Source: Lysobacterales bacterium (GTDB lineage Bacteria; Pseudomonadota; Gammaproteobacteria; Xanthomonadales; SZUA-5). From it: 64,000 bases of DNA. Under the pieces are notes generated by a model. That model had not been told where the DNA came from. It saw nothing but the letters and a program-made list of their open reading frames with translations, and did no database searches. The stretch is taken from assembly GCA_022844165.1 (NCBI GenBank), contig JALHMH010000011.1, positions 32,001-96,000 of the forward strand, in the 5' to 3' direction. Every line of letters starts with the position of its first letter. Position 1 is the first letter of the stretch. Below, piece after piece: positions 7,801 through 16,303 of the stretch. Position numbers and translations under genes: made by a program.

Positions 7801-10586
7801 AGAACTACGCGCTCAAGACCGATCAGCCCGGTGTGTTCATCGTCGAAATTCGCAACGGCGATGCTGTGCTCAACAGTGTGCAATATCAGGTCGCGGGCGA
7901 TGCCAATGTGTCGCGCTCGTTGGAACGCAACGCCGAATTGCAGATGACGCTGTCGAACAACGACTTTGCCGTTGGCGAAGAGATCGAAATCTCGTTGCGC
8001 GCACCGTACACGGGCAGCGGCTTGATCACGATCGAACGCGAACGCGTTTATGCGCACGTGTGGTTCAAGGCCGATACCACCAGCAGTGTGCAGCGGATCC
8101 GCGTGCCGGCAGATCTCGAAGGAAATGCCTACGTGAGCGTGCAGTTCTTGCGCGATCCGATGTCCAGTGAGGTATTCATGAGCCCGCTCAGTTATGCCAT
8201 CGCACCATTTTCGGTAGACCGCGGTGCGCGCACCCAAGCGCTCACGTTGAAGGCCCCGACGGTGGCAAAGCCCGGAGTTCAAATGGAATTGAACGTCAGC
8301 ACTGGTGGCGCAACCAGAGTCGTCGCGTTTGCGGTCGACGAGGGCATTCTGCAGGTTGCGCGTTACCGGCTCGCCGATCCGCTCGATCATTTTTTCAAGA
8401 AAAAAATGCACGATGTGGCAACCGATCAGATCCTCGATTTGTTGCTTCCGGAGTTTTCGCGATTGGTTTCAGCGTCGGCGCCCGGCGGGGATGGCGAAGG
8501 CGCCATGGGTAAACACTTAAATCCGTTCAAGCGCAAGAGCGAAAAGCCGGCGGTGTGGTGGTCGGGCATCACCAGCGTGAGTGGTTCCCACACCTTCAAG
8601 TTCGCGATGCCGGATCATTTCAACGGCGAGCTGCGGATCATGGCGGTGGCGGTATCGAACGAACGAGTGGGAATCGCGCAGACAAAGGCCAAGGTGCGCG
8701 GCGACTTTGTCTTGACGCCGACCGTGCCCACGCACGTGGCGCCGGGCGATGAGTTCGAGTTACCGGTTGGAATCGCCCACACCATCGAAGGTGGCGACAC
8801 ACCACTGCCTGTCGCTTTGAGCGTGAAACTCGGCGACGGTCTAAGCCAGGTTGGAGAATCGCCTGCGCCGATCACGATCGCGCCGGGCAGCGAGGGTACA
8901 GCACGGGTGCGGGTGAAAGCTGGCGATCGTCTTGGCGCAGTCGCGGTCACCTTGGTTGCCAGCAGTGGGAAGTTTCGCGCACAGCGTGCGATCGAACTGT
9001 CCGTGCGACCGGCGATCGTTGAGCGTAGCGACTTGCAGTTGATGCGCGCCGACCGACGCCGCGAAATCAAAAACCTGCGGGTTATGTTCGAGCAGCGCGC
9101 GCGCCGTGAGGTGTCCGCCAGTACTTCCCCGCTGGTCGCCATGGATGGCGTGACTGCGTACTTGCGCGACTACCCGCATCTTTGTACCGAACAACTGGTG
9201 AGCCAGGCATTCCCGGCTCTGGTTGCGCGTTCGCGGCCGGAGTTTGCGCGGGCAGTCGAGGGTTACGATCCGGAGGGTTTGATCGCCGTGTTGCGCTCGC
9301 GCCAGAACGGCGAAGGTGGGTTAGGTCTTTGGGTTGCCACCCCTGATTCCGATGTGTTCGCAACGCCCTACGCGGCGCTGTACCTCGTTGAGGCCCGCGA
9401 GCGCGGACAGGTCGTGCCCGAGGACCTGGTGCGTTCGCTCAATCGTTATCTTGAGTCGATGGCCAGGAATGAGGCATTGAGTACCCTCGCAGCGCTGCGT
9501 GCGCGGGCCCTCGCCGCGTACGTGCTGATTCGCCAGGGCGATGCACGCCATGCGCCGCTACTGGGTACCATTCGTGAGCAACTCGATCGCGATCATCCGA
9601 AAGTCTGGCAGCGCGATATCGCTGCGATGTTGATTGCATCGAGTTATGCCTTGCTGAAACAGGACAAGGCGGCGCGTGATTTGGCCAAGCCGCTGCTGAC
9701 GATGCTCGGCGCGAGCCCAGACTGGGGTCTTGCGGGTTATGTCGACTACTACGATGCCGGTATCGCTTCGGCGTGGGCCGTGTATCTGGCGTTCAAACAC
9801 TTCCCAGAAGAGTCCCAACGGGTATCGATCAAGGCGTTGGAAGCGCTGATGGTGCCGTTGCAGAACAATCGCTACAACACGCTATCCAGTGCGCTGATCA
9901 CGCTGGCGCTTGATGCTTATAGCGAAGCGGTGGCGGATCAAGGCCTGCCCGTGCTCAAAGCGAGCAGCGACGGCAAGGCGTGGCGTGTGTTCGGGGCGGC
10001 GCAGGGCCAATTGATGCGCGGCGCGTTTTCCGGTTCCGACACGCTGCTGAGCGTCGAACCGCCGCGCGATGTGCCCGCATGGGCCGTGCTCACGCAAAAC
10101 GGATTCGATAAGGCCATTCCGGCGGCCACACAAACCCTTGGCATCGAAGTGCTGCGCGAGTATCTCGACGATGCGGGTCAACCGATCGCGCAAGCATCGC
10201 TTGGGCAGGAAATCACGGTACGCCTGCGACTGCGCTCATTGGGCGCCACGCAATACACCAGTATCGCGGTTATTGATTTGCTTCCGGGTGCATTCGAACC
10301 CATCACACAGTTGCCGCCGCCAGACGACAGCAGCGACCCAGGCGCCGATGTTCCTGCCGGAACGGTGCGCTTACCGGCCAGTACAATGAACACGCAGCAC
10401 ATTGAACCACGCGAAGACCGGATTGTGCTTTACACACACGCAGCCTCGCAGGTGACAACGTTTCTGTACAAGATCAAGCCCAGTAACCCTGGCCGCTTTG
10501 TGATCCCGCCGCCATATGCAGAATCGATGTACGACCGCGGCGTCTACGCGCAAGGCGCGGCGGCTGGCGCTCTTGAGGTGAAATAG
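4848..10586 (+). CDS. Bacterial alpha-2-macroglobulin (YfhM-like) with N-terminal membrane anchor
   Basis: About 1910 aa; FSDRGLYRPGDT, AVDEGILQVA, thioester motif YPHLCTEQ (CTEQ at 9183-9194), C-terminal PPPYAESMYD; GGAGG before ATG 4848; next to pbpC. Confidence 0.93.
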   Translation: METHTHWSLLQRLIGRWTWSPPQWLHWLWLRKWQVLATLALVAATSYGIYRWVTRPIPVPPEAISVTLNAPSKTDYSRSPKEVSRLSIDFGGSAAPIELLEKAARGVQLEPALAGEWTWVNDRSLQFLPSDDWPVGQALEVKLDEAQAIAPGVILAPYELTFTTTPFSASIASAEFYQDPQDSGLKKAVFGLEFSHPVDAQRLEASVRATMQDGAGRAAPNPQLQVIVGPDKLKAWVHTQSLTLQPNGGVVDLLVEPNVVSSLGGDPIGSDLQSRVSLPDLYSVVVESVEPTLVDNERFEPDQVLILAFNQTLKNTDVVSATKAWLLPMYNPNVPRERQSPPYRFSPNEIDAEVLKASVPIDLKPDPSEREFIEVHSFRYQAPPNRLVYVRIEKGLKSFGGFLMGQNHAQVLTVPEFPRLLSFVGEGSLLSLRGERRVTVISRNLDALRLEVGRVVPDQLHHLVQFNDGTYQQPGLWNIGEDSLVEREEKRLKLPNLDPAKNHYEGVDLSPFFSPTRHGVFLLSLRTMSDDDASLSPAETIAADAGEVMDSRLVVLTDLGVIAKRSLDGGRDVFVQSLSSGQPVRGARVRAIARNGETLVSSETDAGGRASLPTLDGYRREKEPKLLTVQLGEDLSFLPLGDYARALDTSRFEVGGEINTLDPGKLSAFLFSDRGLYRPGDTINLGLIVRAADWRTALEGLPLELDLNDPRGTLVKRVPIQLDGSGFNEFSHAPRAGAPSGTYTAALYLTRVNQQRINIGNVTMQVREFQPDTLRVRATLSAARSEGWVKPDGLSATVEVQNLFGTPAQQRRVEGSLVLRPAYPSFARWTGWNFYDPNRASDGFDEPLTEQTTNADGVALFDLNLNRYANATYQLSFLTRAFEPGSGRNVAAQAGTLVSDNEFLVGLRSVDDLNYVKRGSKRNIEWVTIGQDVAPKPVDDLRAVLVERRYVSVLTRENSGLYRYVSQERRHTVADIALKPSGSVQNYALKTDQPGVFIVEIRNGDAVLNSVQYQVAGDANVSRSLERNAELQMTLSNNDFAVGEEIEISLRAPYTGSGLITIERERVYAHVWFKADTTSSVQRIRVPADLEGNAYVSVQFLRDPMSSEVFMSPLSYAIAPFSVDRGARTQALTLKAPTVAKPGVQMELNVSTGGATRVVAFAVDEGILQVARYRLADPLDHFFKKKMHDVATDQILDLLLPEFSRLVSASAPGGDGEGAMGKHLNPFKRKSEKPAVWWSGITSVSGSHTFKFAMPDHFNGELRIMAVAVSNERVGIAQTKAKVRGDFVLTPTVPTHVAPGDEFELPVGIAHTIEGGDTPLPVALSVKLGDGLSQVGESPAPITIAPGSEGTARVRVKAGDRLGAVAVTLVASSGKFRAQRAIELSVRPAIVERSDLQLMRADRRREIKNLRVMFEQRARREVSASTSPLVAMDGVTAYLRDYPHLCTEQLVSQAFPALVARSRPEFARAVEGYDPEGLIAVLRSRQNGEGGLGLWVATPDSDVFATPYAALYLVEARERGQVVPEDLVRSLNRYLESMARNEALSTLAALRARALAAYVLIRQGDARHAPLLGTIREQLDRDHPKVWQRDIAAMLIASSYALLKQDKAARDLAKPLLTMLGASPDWGLAGYVDYYDAGIASAWAVYLAFKHFPEESQRVSIKALEALMVPLQNNRYNTLSSALITLALDAYSEAVADQGLPVLKASSDGKAWRVFGAAQGQLMRGAFSGSDTLLSVEPPRDVPAWAVLTQNGFDKAIPAATQTLGIEVLREYLDDAGQPIAQASLGQEITVRLRLRSLGATQYTSIAVIDLLPGAFEPITQLPPPDDSSDPGADVPAGTVRLPASTMNTQHIEPREDRIVLYTHAASQVTTFLYKIKPSNPGRFVIPPPYAESMYDRGVYAQGAAAGALEVK

Positions 10587-10665
10587 CGGGGGCGGCGCGC
10601 TTCTCGGCAACCTGCCTATCCAGACGGAACTCCTCTGCCGCGGCGCCAACTGCCGAACAAGGCGT

Positions 10666-10689
10666 GCGGACCGGAGGTCCGCGTGCTCC
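10666..10689. repeat. REP-like palindrome GCGGACC-GGA-GGTCCGC(GTGCTCC)
   Basis: 7-bp perfect stem with 3-nt loop between convergent genes. Confidence 0.5.
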
Positions 10690-10714
10690 GGCCGCGCAGG
10701 ATCCTGGCGCGCAA

Positions 10715-11692
10715 CTAACCGTGGGAGGAAGCGCGTACTAACTTTAGCTGCCACCCGATCAGGTGATCCACCGCATGGAACAGCGGTGACGCGTGTTGGA
10801 CCTGGAACCCGGCCGACACCGCCGCAGCCTTCGCATTCTCGAATCCGTTGTCATCGAGAGCGTGTTCAACCAGGTCGTTCAAACGCGCGAGCGCCGCTTC
10901 CATCTCTTCCCGCGCACGGGCGACTTCGTTGCCGAGTTGCGCGGGCGTGAGTTCCTGCCGCAGCTTCAGTAGCTTTTGTGCGGCGTCGATGGCCACGGCC
11001 AAGGTTCTGACCGCGTCTGGGGCAAGCATCGCACGCTCGGCGTAAGCCGCCTTGAGTTCACGTATCGCGCCGATCATGTCGTCGGCTGCGGCTTGCACCG
11101 TTGCGGGGGTCGTCTGCGGCCGCAAGGTAAGCAAGTGATCGAGTTTGTCGTAGAGCTTGACGCGCCGCAGTACCAGTTTCGCGTCCAGCATTTCGATGGC
11201 AGCGTTCTGCAAGAGCACAGATTGACGATGATGAAGGATGAACTGGGCCCGGCCATCCGGGGCCAGCACACGGTGAGCTTCGGCGAGGCTGGCGGCGATA
11301 TCGCCGTATTCCAACGCAAAGTGCCCGGTGATTGCGTTGAACGTTCCCGCATCGAACGGCAAGCGTTCGTTGGCAATGCCGCCGCGAAAGACGATGGCGG
11401 GATAGGCGGCCAAACCGCGAACAAAGCGCCGCGGTTCGATCATCGCCAGATCAGTGGCATCGATGGCCCATTGCACGTTCAGCGATTGCGCCTGCATTGC
11501 CGCGATCAGCGGTACAACGCCGTTGCCGGTTCCGACATCGAGAATGCGCGATCCATCTGCCAGCGGCGCAAAGAACGTCTCCCATGCCGCGCGGACTTCC
11601 TGATCGTACAAGCCATCGGCGCCGACAGGTCCGGTCGCCAGTGCGCCACCGCGATAAAACGCTTCCCAATGTTTCAAGAGTTCATCCTCCAA
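10715..11692 (-). CDS. Class I SAM-dependent methyltransferase with helical insertion
   Basis: Motif I RILDVGTGNG, then ERLPFDAGTFNAITGHFALEY and AHRVLAPDGR. Confidence 0.88.
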   Translation of the reverse strand: MEDELLKHWEAFYRGGALATGPVGADGLYDQEVRAAWETFFAPLADGSRILDVGTGNGVVPLIAAMQAQSLNVQWAIDATDLAMIEPRRFVRGLAAYPAIVFRGGIANERLPFDAGTFNAITGHFALEYGDIAASLAEAHRVLAPDGRAQFILHHRQSVLLQNAAIEMLDAKLVLRRVKLYDKLDHLLTLRPQTTPATVQAAADDMIGAIRELKAAYAERAMLAPDAVRTLAVAIDAAQKLLKLRQELTPAQLGNEVARAREEMEAALARLNDLVEHALDDNGFENAKAAAVSAGFQVQHASPLFHAVDHLIGWQLKLVRASSHG

Positions 11693-11734
11693 AGCGACCT
11701 AAAGTGAGCCGGTTCAGCAGAAGCTGGCCCGGTC

Positions 11735-11768
11735 AAAAAAAATGGCGAGCCCGAAGGCCCGCCATTCT
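11735..11768 (-). terminator. Rho-independent terminator after the TonB-dependent receptor
   Basis: Minus strand reads AATGGCGGGCC-TTCG-GGCTCGCCATT followed by a T run. Confidence 0.8.
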
Positions 11769-11792
11769 TCACCATCACACAACAACTTTGGA

Positions 11793-14699
11793 TCAGAACT
11801 TCACGTCGAAATTCGCGAAGACGAAGCGACCCAGCTGATCATAGCCACCCGGTGCATTGGCATTCAGCGCATTGTCGACGCCCACCAACGGCGGTTCCTT
11901 GTCGAAAATGTTGTTCACGCCCAACGTGATGTTGGTGTTGCCAAACAACGTTGCCGTCGCCGACAGATCGAAGTACGTATACGAGCCAATTCCGCCAGCA
12001 GACGTCGGCCGGAACGGGTTTGGCAAGGCCGTCGTGAGCGGGACGAACGGAGCACCGCCATTGCTGAACAACAGCCGGTCCGTGAAGAGGATCGTTCCGT
12101 CACTGTCCTTGTATTCGAGCGGACCAAAGTAACGCACGCGCAGATTAAACGAATAGAAATCGCGGAAATAGTTGAGGCTGGTGATCGCGCGAATTTCCTG
12201 CAGTGCTCCGCAATCTGGGTTGATCAAACCCTCGCAGGTGAATTCAACCGCGCCCGGGACCGGCGCCTGGAAGTACTCAAGCACGTAGTTACCCAAGAAC
12301 TGAGCGGAGAAGCGTCCACCAAGAGCATCGAAACCGTAACTGACATTCACGTCGATGCCGCGTGTCTCCAATTCGCCGAAGTTGTCGGTTACGTTGTCGA
12401 CGAAGCCACGGGTACCAACCCAAATGTCGCCTGATGCTGGGTTTCGATTGATGCGATTGCACAAGAACGGAGCGCCCGTCAATGCACAGCCGCGCAGGAT
12501 CGATGGCGAGCCAATCGGCGTTACCGTGTCCTCAATGCGAATGTCATAGTAGTCCACCGAAATGGCCAAATCGTCAATCGGTTCGACTACGAATCCCAAT
12601 GTGTAGGTATCGGCCTCTTCCGGTCGCAAAGTGGGATCGCCGCCGGCCAATTGGTTGTTTTGCCCGGCGGGGCTGGCTGGAACGAAGCCATATTGAGCAC
12701 TCGTTACGCCTGTTCGCGCACACTGTTCGCGTGTGAACACGGGCGTGGCGCCTGCGCAAGGATCGGCGCCGGCAAACAAGCCGATCGTCGGCGGACCGAA
12801 AAGGTTATTGATGCCGGGTGCGCGAATCGCGCGGTTGAATCCACCGCGAATTCTGAACATGCCAGCATCAGCACCGAATCCCACTTTGAAAGTGTTCGCG
12901 TTACCGGAGGTTTCATAGTCGGACAAGCGATAGCCCAAATCCAGGCCAAAGGAACTGAACAACCCGTCGCCGGAGTAAATGGGAAGCTGAGCTTCTGAGA
13001 ATAGTTCGTTGACTTCGGTCAGGCCGTTGACGGCCGGTGCAGCGGCGCCAGCGCCAGCGAAATTGCCAGCCGTGCTGTCGTTGTCTGCGATAAACGAGAA
13101 GCGCTCGCGACGCGACTCGACACCTGCGACCAGCGAGATGGTGTCTTCGGCGCTCGGGAAGTTGTAGCCGGTATCGCCCGTCAAGAAGGCGTTGAATACC
13201 TGCATTTCGGTCGACGTCTTGTTGAAGCTGGTACCTGCCAATGCATTGGCAGCAGCGGCCGTGACCCGGCCTGGCTGCCACACATTGTAAGGAATACAAC
13301 CCGCGAACGAGCCGTCGGGGCAACCCAGCAGCGCATCGGAAATACGCGAACTCAGGAAGTCATTTTGTCCCTGCAGATCGTTGGCCGTGCGTGCGAACAA
13401 GAATGATGCGTCATACGACCAATTTTCATTCAAATCGCCGGTAAAGCCAGCAACCACGCGGAATGTTGAGTCTTCCGTGGTGGTGCGACGTGGGCCACCT
13501 TCGACGTTACGACGACCGACATAAACGGTGAGCGGAGCGCCACCGGTCGGCGTGAGATTCAAATCGCGGCAAAGGGTGCCAAGCAGCGGGTTGTTGCACG
13601 CCAGAGTCAATTCCTGCGCGAAGAAGGTGCCTGACTCAGCGATTTGCACGCTGTCGTTGCGGTTAACAAACATCAGTTCCGCATAGGGACGGAAATAATC
13701 GTTGGCATCGTAGTTGATCGACAAGCCCGCCGTGTATCGCTCATCCGGACGCTGATAGAAGTTTGGCGGTGCGTAGTTGTACGCGGGACCAAAACCCGCT
13801 CGCCACGTGCCGTTGGTGTTCAGGTTGGCTTGTTGCAAACCTGGGCGACCAGGAACGATGATCAAAAAGTTGCCGAACGCATTGGTGCCCGAGCCGCCGC
13901 AAGCGGTTCCGGCGGCGTTGAGCGCGCAAGAAGCGTAGTCGCGTTGGCCATGGAACAACGGATCATTTTCGCGGTAGGTCAACCAAGCTGCTGCGTGGCC
14001 GTTGCCATCGCCAAACGTGCCGCCCCAGGCCAGATCAATGTTGCGCGACGCGCCATCGAAGCCGGAGCTGCCGTCTTCGAAGGTAAAGCCACGAGCCGTC
14101 TGCAGGCCCTGCATGTACGAATTATCGTTGTCGTGCTGATATGCGGAATAACCACCGCTGAAGGAAAAACCTTCGAATTCGGTGTCGAGAATGAAGTTCA
14201 CGACGCCGGCGACGGCGTCCGAGCCGTAAACGGCCGATGCACCACCGGTCAGGATATCGACCTGACGGATCATCGCTGCCGGGATGATGCTGATGTCGCG
14301 CAGTTCGCCTGCCGGGCCCGGTGGCAAACGACGGCCGTTGACCAGGGTCAACGTACGCTGTGCGCCAAGGTTACGCAAGCTGACAGTTGCATAGCCTGTC
14401 GACGGGTTATTCGTCTGCGAATCGAAGGCTGGCGTCAATTGCGGGTATTGATTCACGAGATCGTCGACGCGGGTCGCGCCGGTCAGATCAAATTGCTCTT
14501 GACCGATTTCGGTCACGGGCGACGAAGCCGTCACGGTCTGGCTGCGAATACGCGAGCCAGTGACGACGATATCGTCGAGTTGTTTGGCCTCTTCGCCCTC
14601 GGACTGAGCGAAGGCAAGCTGCGGGCCGGCAGCAAGCACGGCGCCGCCGACAAACAGAGACAGCCGTATCGCAGTCGACAACTGATTGAAACGGGTCAT
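11793..14699 (-). CDS. Cys-rich TonB-dependent receptor
   Basis: Signal peptide ending AFA-Q, TonB box/plug (DIVVTGSRI, VSLRNLGAQRTLTLVNGRR, GGASAVYGSDAVAGVVNFI), C-terminal GVNNIFDKEPP...FDVKF. Confidence 0.95.
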   Translation of the reverse strand: MTRFNQLSTAIRLSLFVGGAVLAAGPQLAFAQSEGEEAKQLDDIVVTGSRIRSQTVTASSPVTEIGQEQFDLTGATRVDDLVNQYPQLTPAFDSQTNNPSTGYATVSLRNLGAQRTLTLVNGRRLPPGPAGELRDISIIPAAMIRQVDILTGGASAVYGSDAVAGVVNFILDTEFEGFSFSGGYSAYQHDNDNSYMQGLQTARGFTFEDGSSGFDGASRNIDLAWGGTFGDGNGHAAAWLTYRENDPLFHGQRDYASCALNAAGTACGGSGTNAFGNFLIIVPGRPGLQQANLNTNGTWRAGFGPAYNYAPPNFYQRPDERYTAGLSINYDANDYFRPYAELMFVNRNDSVQIAESGTFFAQELTLACNNPLLGTLCRDLNLTPTGGAPLTVYVGRRNVEGGPRRTTTEDSTFRVVAGFTGDLNENWSYDASFLFARTANDLQGQNDFLSSRISDALLGCPDGSFAGCIPYNVWQPGRVTAAAANALAGTSFNKTSTEMQVFNAFLTGDTGYNFPSAEDTISLVAGVESRRERFSFIADNDSTAGNFAGAGAAAPAVNGLTEVNELFSEAQLPIYSGDGLFSSFGLDLGYRLSDYETSGNANTFKVGFGADAGMFRIRGGFNRAIRAPGINNLFGPPTIGLFAGADPCAGATPVFTREQCARTGVTSAQYGFVPASPAGQNNQLAGGDPTLRPEEADTYTLGFVVEPIDDLAISVDYYDIRIEDTVTPIGSPSILRGCALTGAPFLCNRINRNPASGDIWVGTRGFVDNVTDNFGELETRGIDVNVSYGFDALGGRFSAQFLGNYVLEYFQAPVPGAVEFTCEGLINPDCGALQEIRAITSLNYFRDFYSFNLRVRYFGPLEYKDSDGTILFTDRLLFSNGGAPFVPLTTALPNPFRPTSAGGIGSYTYFDLSATATLFGNTNITLGVNNIFDKEPPLVGVDNALNANAPGGYDQLGRFVFANFDVKF

Positions 14700-14885
14700 T
14701 ATGGATTCCTTCTGCAGAAACTGATTGATGTAGACCGAGAACGCTCCAATAGAGTGCACTCGTCCCGCGACTTACCGTCCGGCGCGCCGGAGTCTAACGC
14801 AATCTTTACACGCCGGCCAAGTTAACGTCACCTTAGCATGCTAAAGATTCCCGTCAGTGGGCTGCCCCTGACGGACGGGCCAATG

Positions 14886-16151
14886 TCACGACGGGTGAAA
14901 CTCGGCCAACGCCATATGCAGCTGCTGCACCATCTCGCGCTCGGCGATCGATAGCAACGGGTTCCAGACATCGAAAATCAACACCACGCGCAGCTCATCG
15001 CTATCGTTGCGCGCTTCGTGTTCGATCGAATCGTCGAATATCAAGACCTCTCCGACTTGCCATTGGCGGCGTTCGAAACCGACGCGGTAGCTGCAGTTGG
15101 GTGGAACGATCAGTGGAAGATGCACCACCAGCCGGGCGTTGGTTTCGCCATGGTGCGGTGGGATGTGCGTCTGAGGCGCCAGGGCCGAGAACATCGCATT
15201 GGGGCAAATGCCATCGAGTCTCGCCAGGTCGATTTCACCCAACGCTGCGGTGGTGATCGGGCAGCGTTGCTGATGTTGTGCCTGCGCCTGCCCATCGCGC
15301 CAAAGGAAATAACTGCTCCAGCGTTTCGAGTGGTTCAACTCGTGCCACTGGTTGACCGGCGTGCCAGGCGCATAGGCGACATACGGTTGAAAATCGGTAT
15401 CGTCAAGGCGATAGGCGTCTTCGAACTCGCGGCGAATCTCCGCCGTTCTGGCCTCGATGGCCCGCGCCCAGGGAAACTGTTCGCGGTCAAAGAACGGTAT
15501 GGCGGGCAAACGTGGGACCAGCAGTCGATTGGGCAGCGACGGATAGGGCTTGGTCTGGCCGGCCAGAACCGCACCCGCCTCTCGCCATCGCTCGGCTTCG
15601 AACGCCGACAAACGCTGTTGCGGTCTGGCCAGAGCGGTGGCCAGATGTGCGGCCAGTTCTTCGCCATACGTCGTGCATTTGCCGCGCGCTTGCAGGAGCT
15701 GCTCGCGAAGCACGGGCGGCCAGCGTGGTTCCGGTGGTGCCGCTTGCAGCGCATTTCGATAATGTTGCGCTGCGGCACGTGCGCCGAACCTGGATTCCAC
15801 ATGGGCTGCCTTGGCCAGCAATCCTCCCAGGTGGTATGGGTCCAGTGTCAACAAGGCTTCGATCGTTTGCGCCTCGCCCTCGATATCCCCGATGGCCTTG
15901 AGTACCACCGCAACACTCATTAACACCATCGGATCGTCTGGCGCCAATAAATGGCTCTGCTGCAACAGCCTCAGCGCGGTCTGCGCGTCGCCACGGCGGT
16001 ACGCGCAGACGCCGATGCCATGCAGTGCCTTAGGGTTCTTGGGGTCGAGTTGCCGCATCTGCACCCAAATGCGCTCGGCATCTTGCCATCGTCCTTGCGA
16101 CGTGGCCTGCTGTGCGGCCTGCTCCATCGCCTGCATTGACAAACTCATCAC
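14886..16151 (-). CDS. TPR-containing aspartyl/asparaginyl beta-hydroxylase family 2OG-Fe(II) oxygenase
   Basis: N-terminal TPR-like helices; C-terminal AMFSALAPQTHIPPHHGETNARLVVHLPL...FDDSIEHEARNDSDELRVVLIFDVWNP. Start could be ATG 16148. Confidence 0.9.
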   Translation of the reverse strand: MMSLSMQAMEQAAQQATSQGRWQDAERIWVQMRQLDPKNPKALHGIGVCAYRRGDAQTALRLLQQSHLLAPDDPMVLMSVAVVLKAIGDIEGEAQTIEALLTLDPYHLGGLLAKAAHVESRFGARAAAQHYRNALQAAPPEPRWPPVLREQLLQARGKCTTYGEELAAHLATALARPQQRLSAFEAERWREAGAVLAGQTKPYPSLPNRLLVPRLPAIPFFDREQFPWARAIEARTAEIRREFEDAYRLDDTDFQPYVAYAPGTPVNQWHELNHSKRWSSYFLWRDGQAQAQHQQRCPITTAALGEIDLARLDGICPNAMFSALAPQTHIPPHHGETNARLVVHLPLIVPPNCSYRVGFERRQWQVGEVLIFDDSIEHEARNDSDELRVVLIFDVWNPLLSIAEREMVQQLHMALAEFHPS

Positions 16152-16303
16152 GGCTGCTCCAAATCAGATACCTCAGAAGATAGCCGCAATCCAAGCTGCC
16201 TGTGACAAGGAGCGAGGTCCGGGAAACGGCGCGCGGTCAGTGCTTTCGCACCAGGTGTGCCTATGCCTATGATTGTAAGTCGTTATGGCGGACCTCCGGC
16301 TTC

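Noticed and set aside
8391-8406. T run and A7 run in the A2M gene as a phase-variation or frameshift site
   Set aside because: The runs are short, encode FFKKK in frame, and the ORF is intact.
13644-14825. 393-aa plus-strand ORF
   Set aside because: Antisense shadow of the TonB receptor. The same applies to 5400-6401, 7227-8411, 18458-19399 and 41363-42397.
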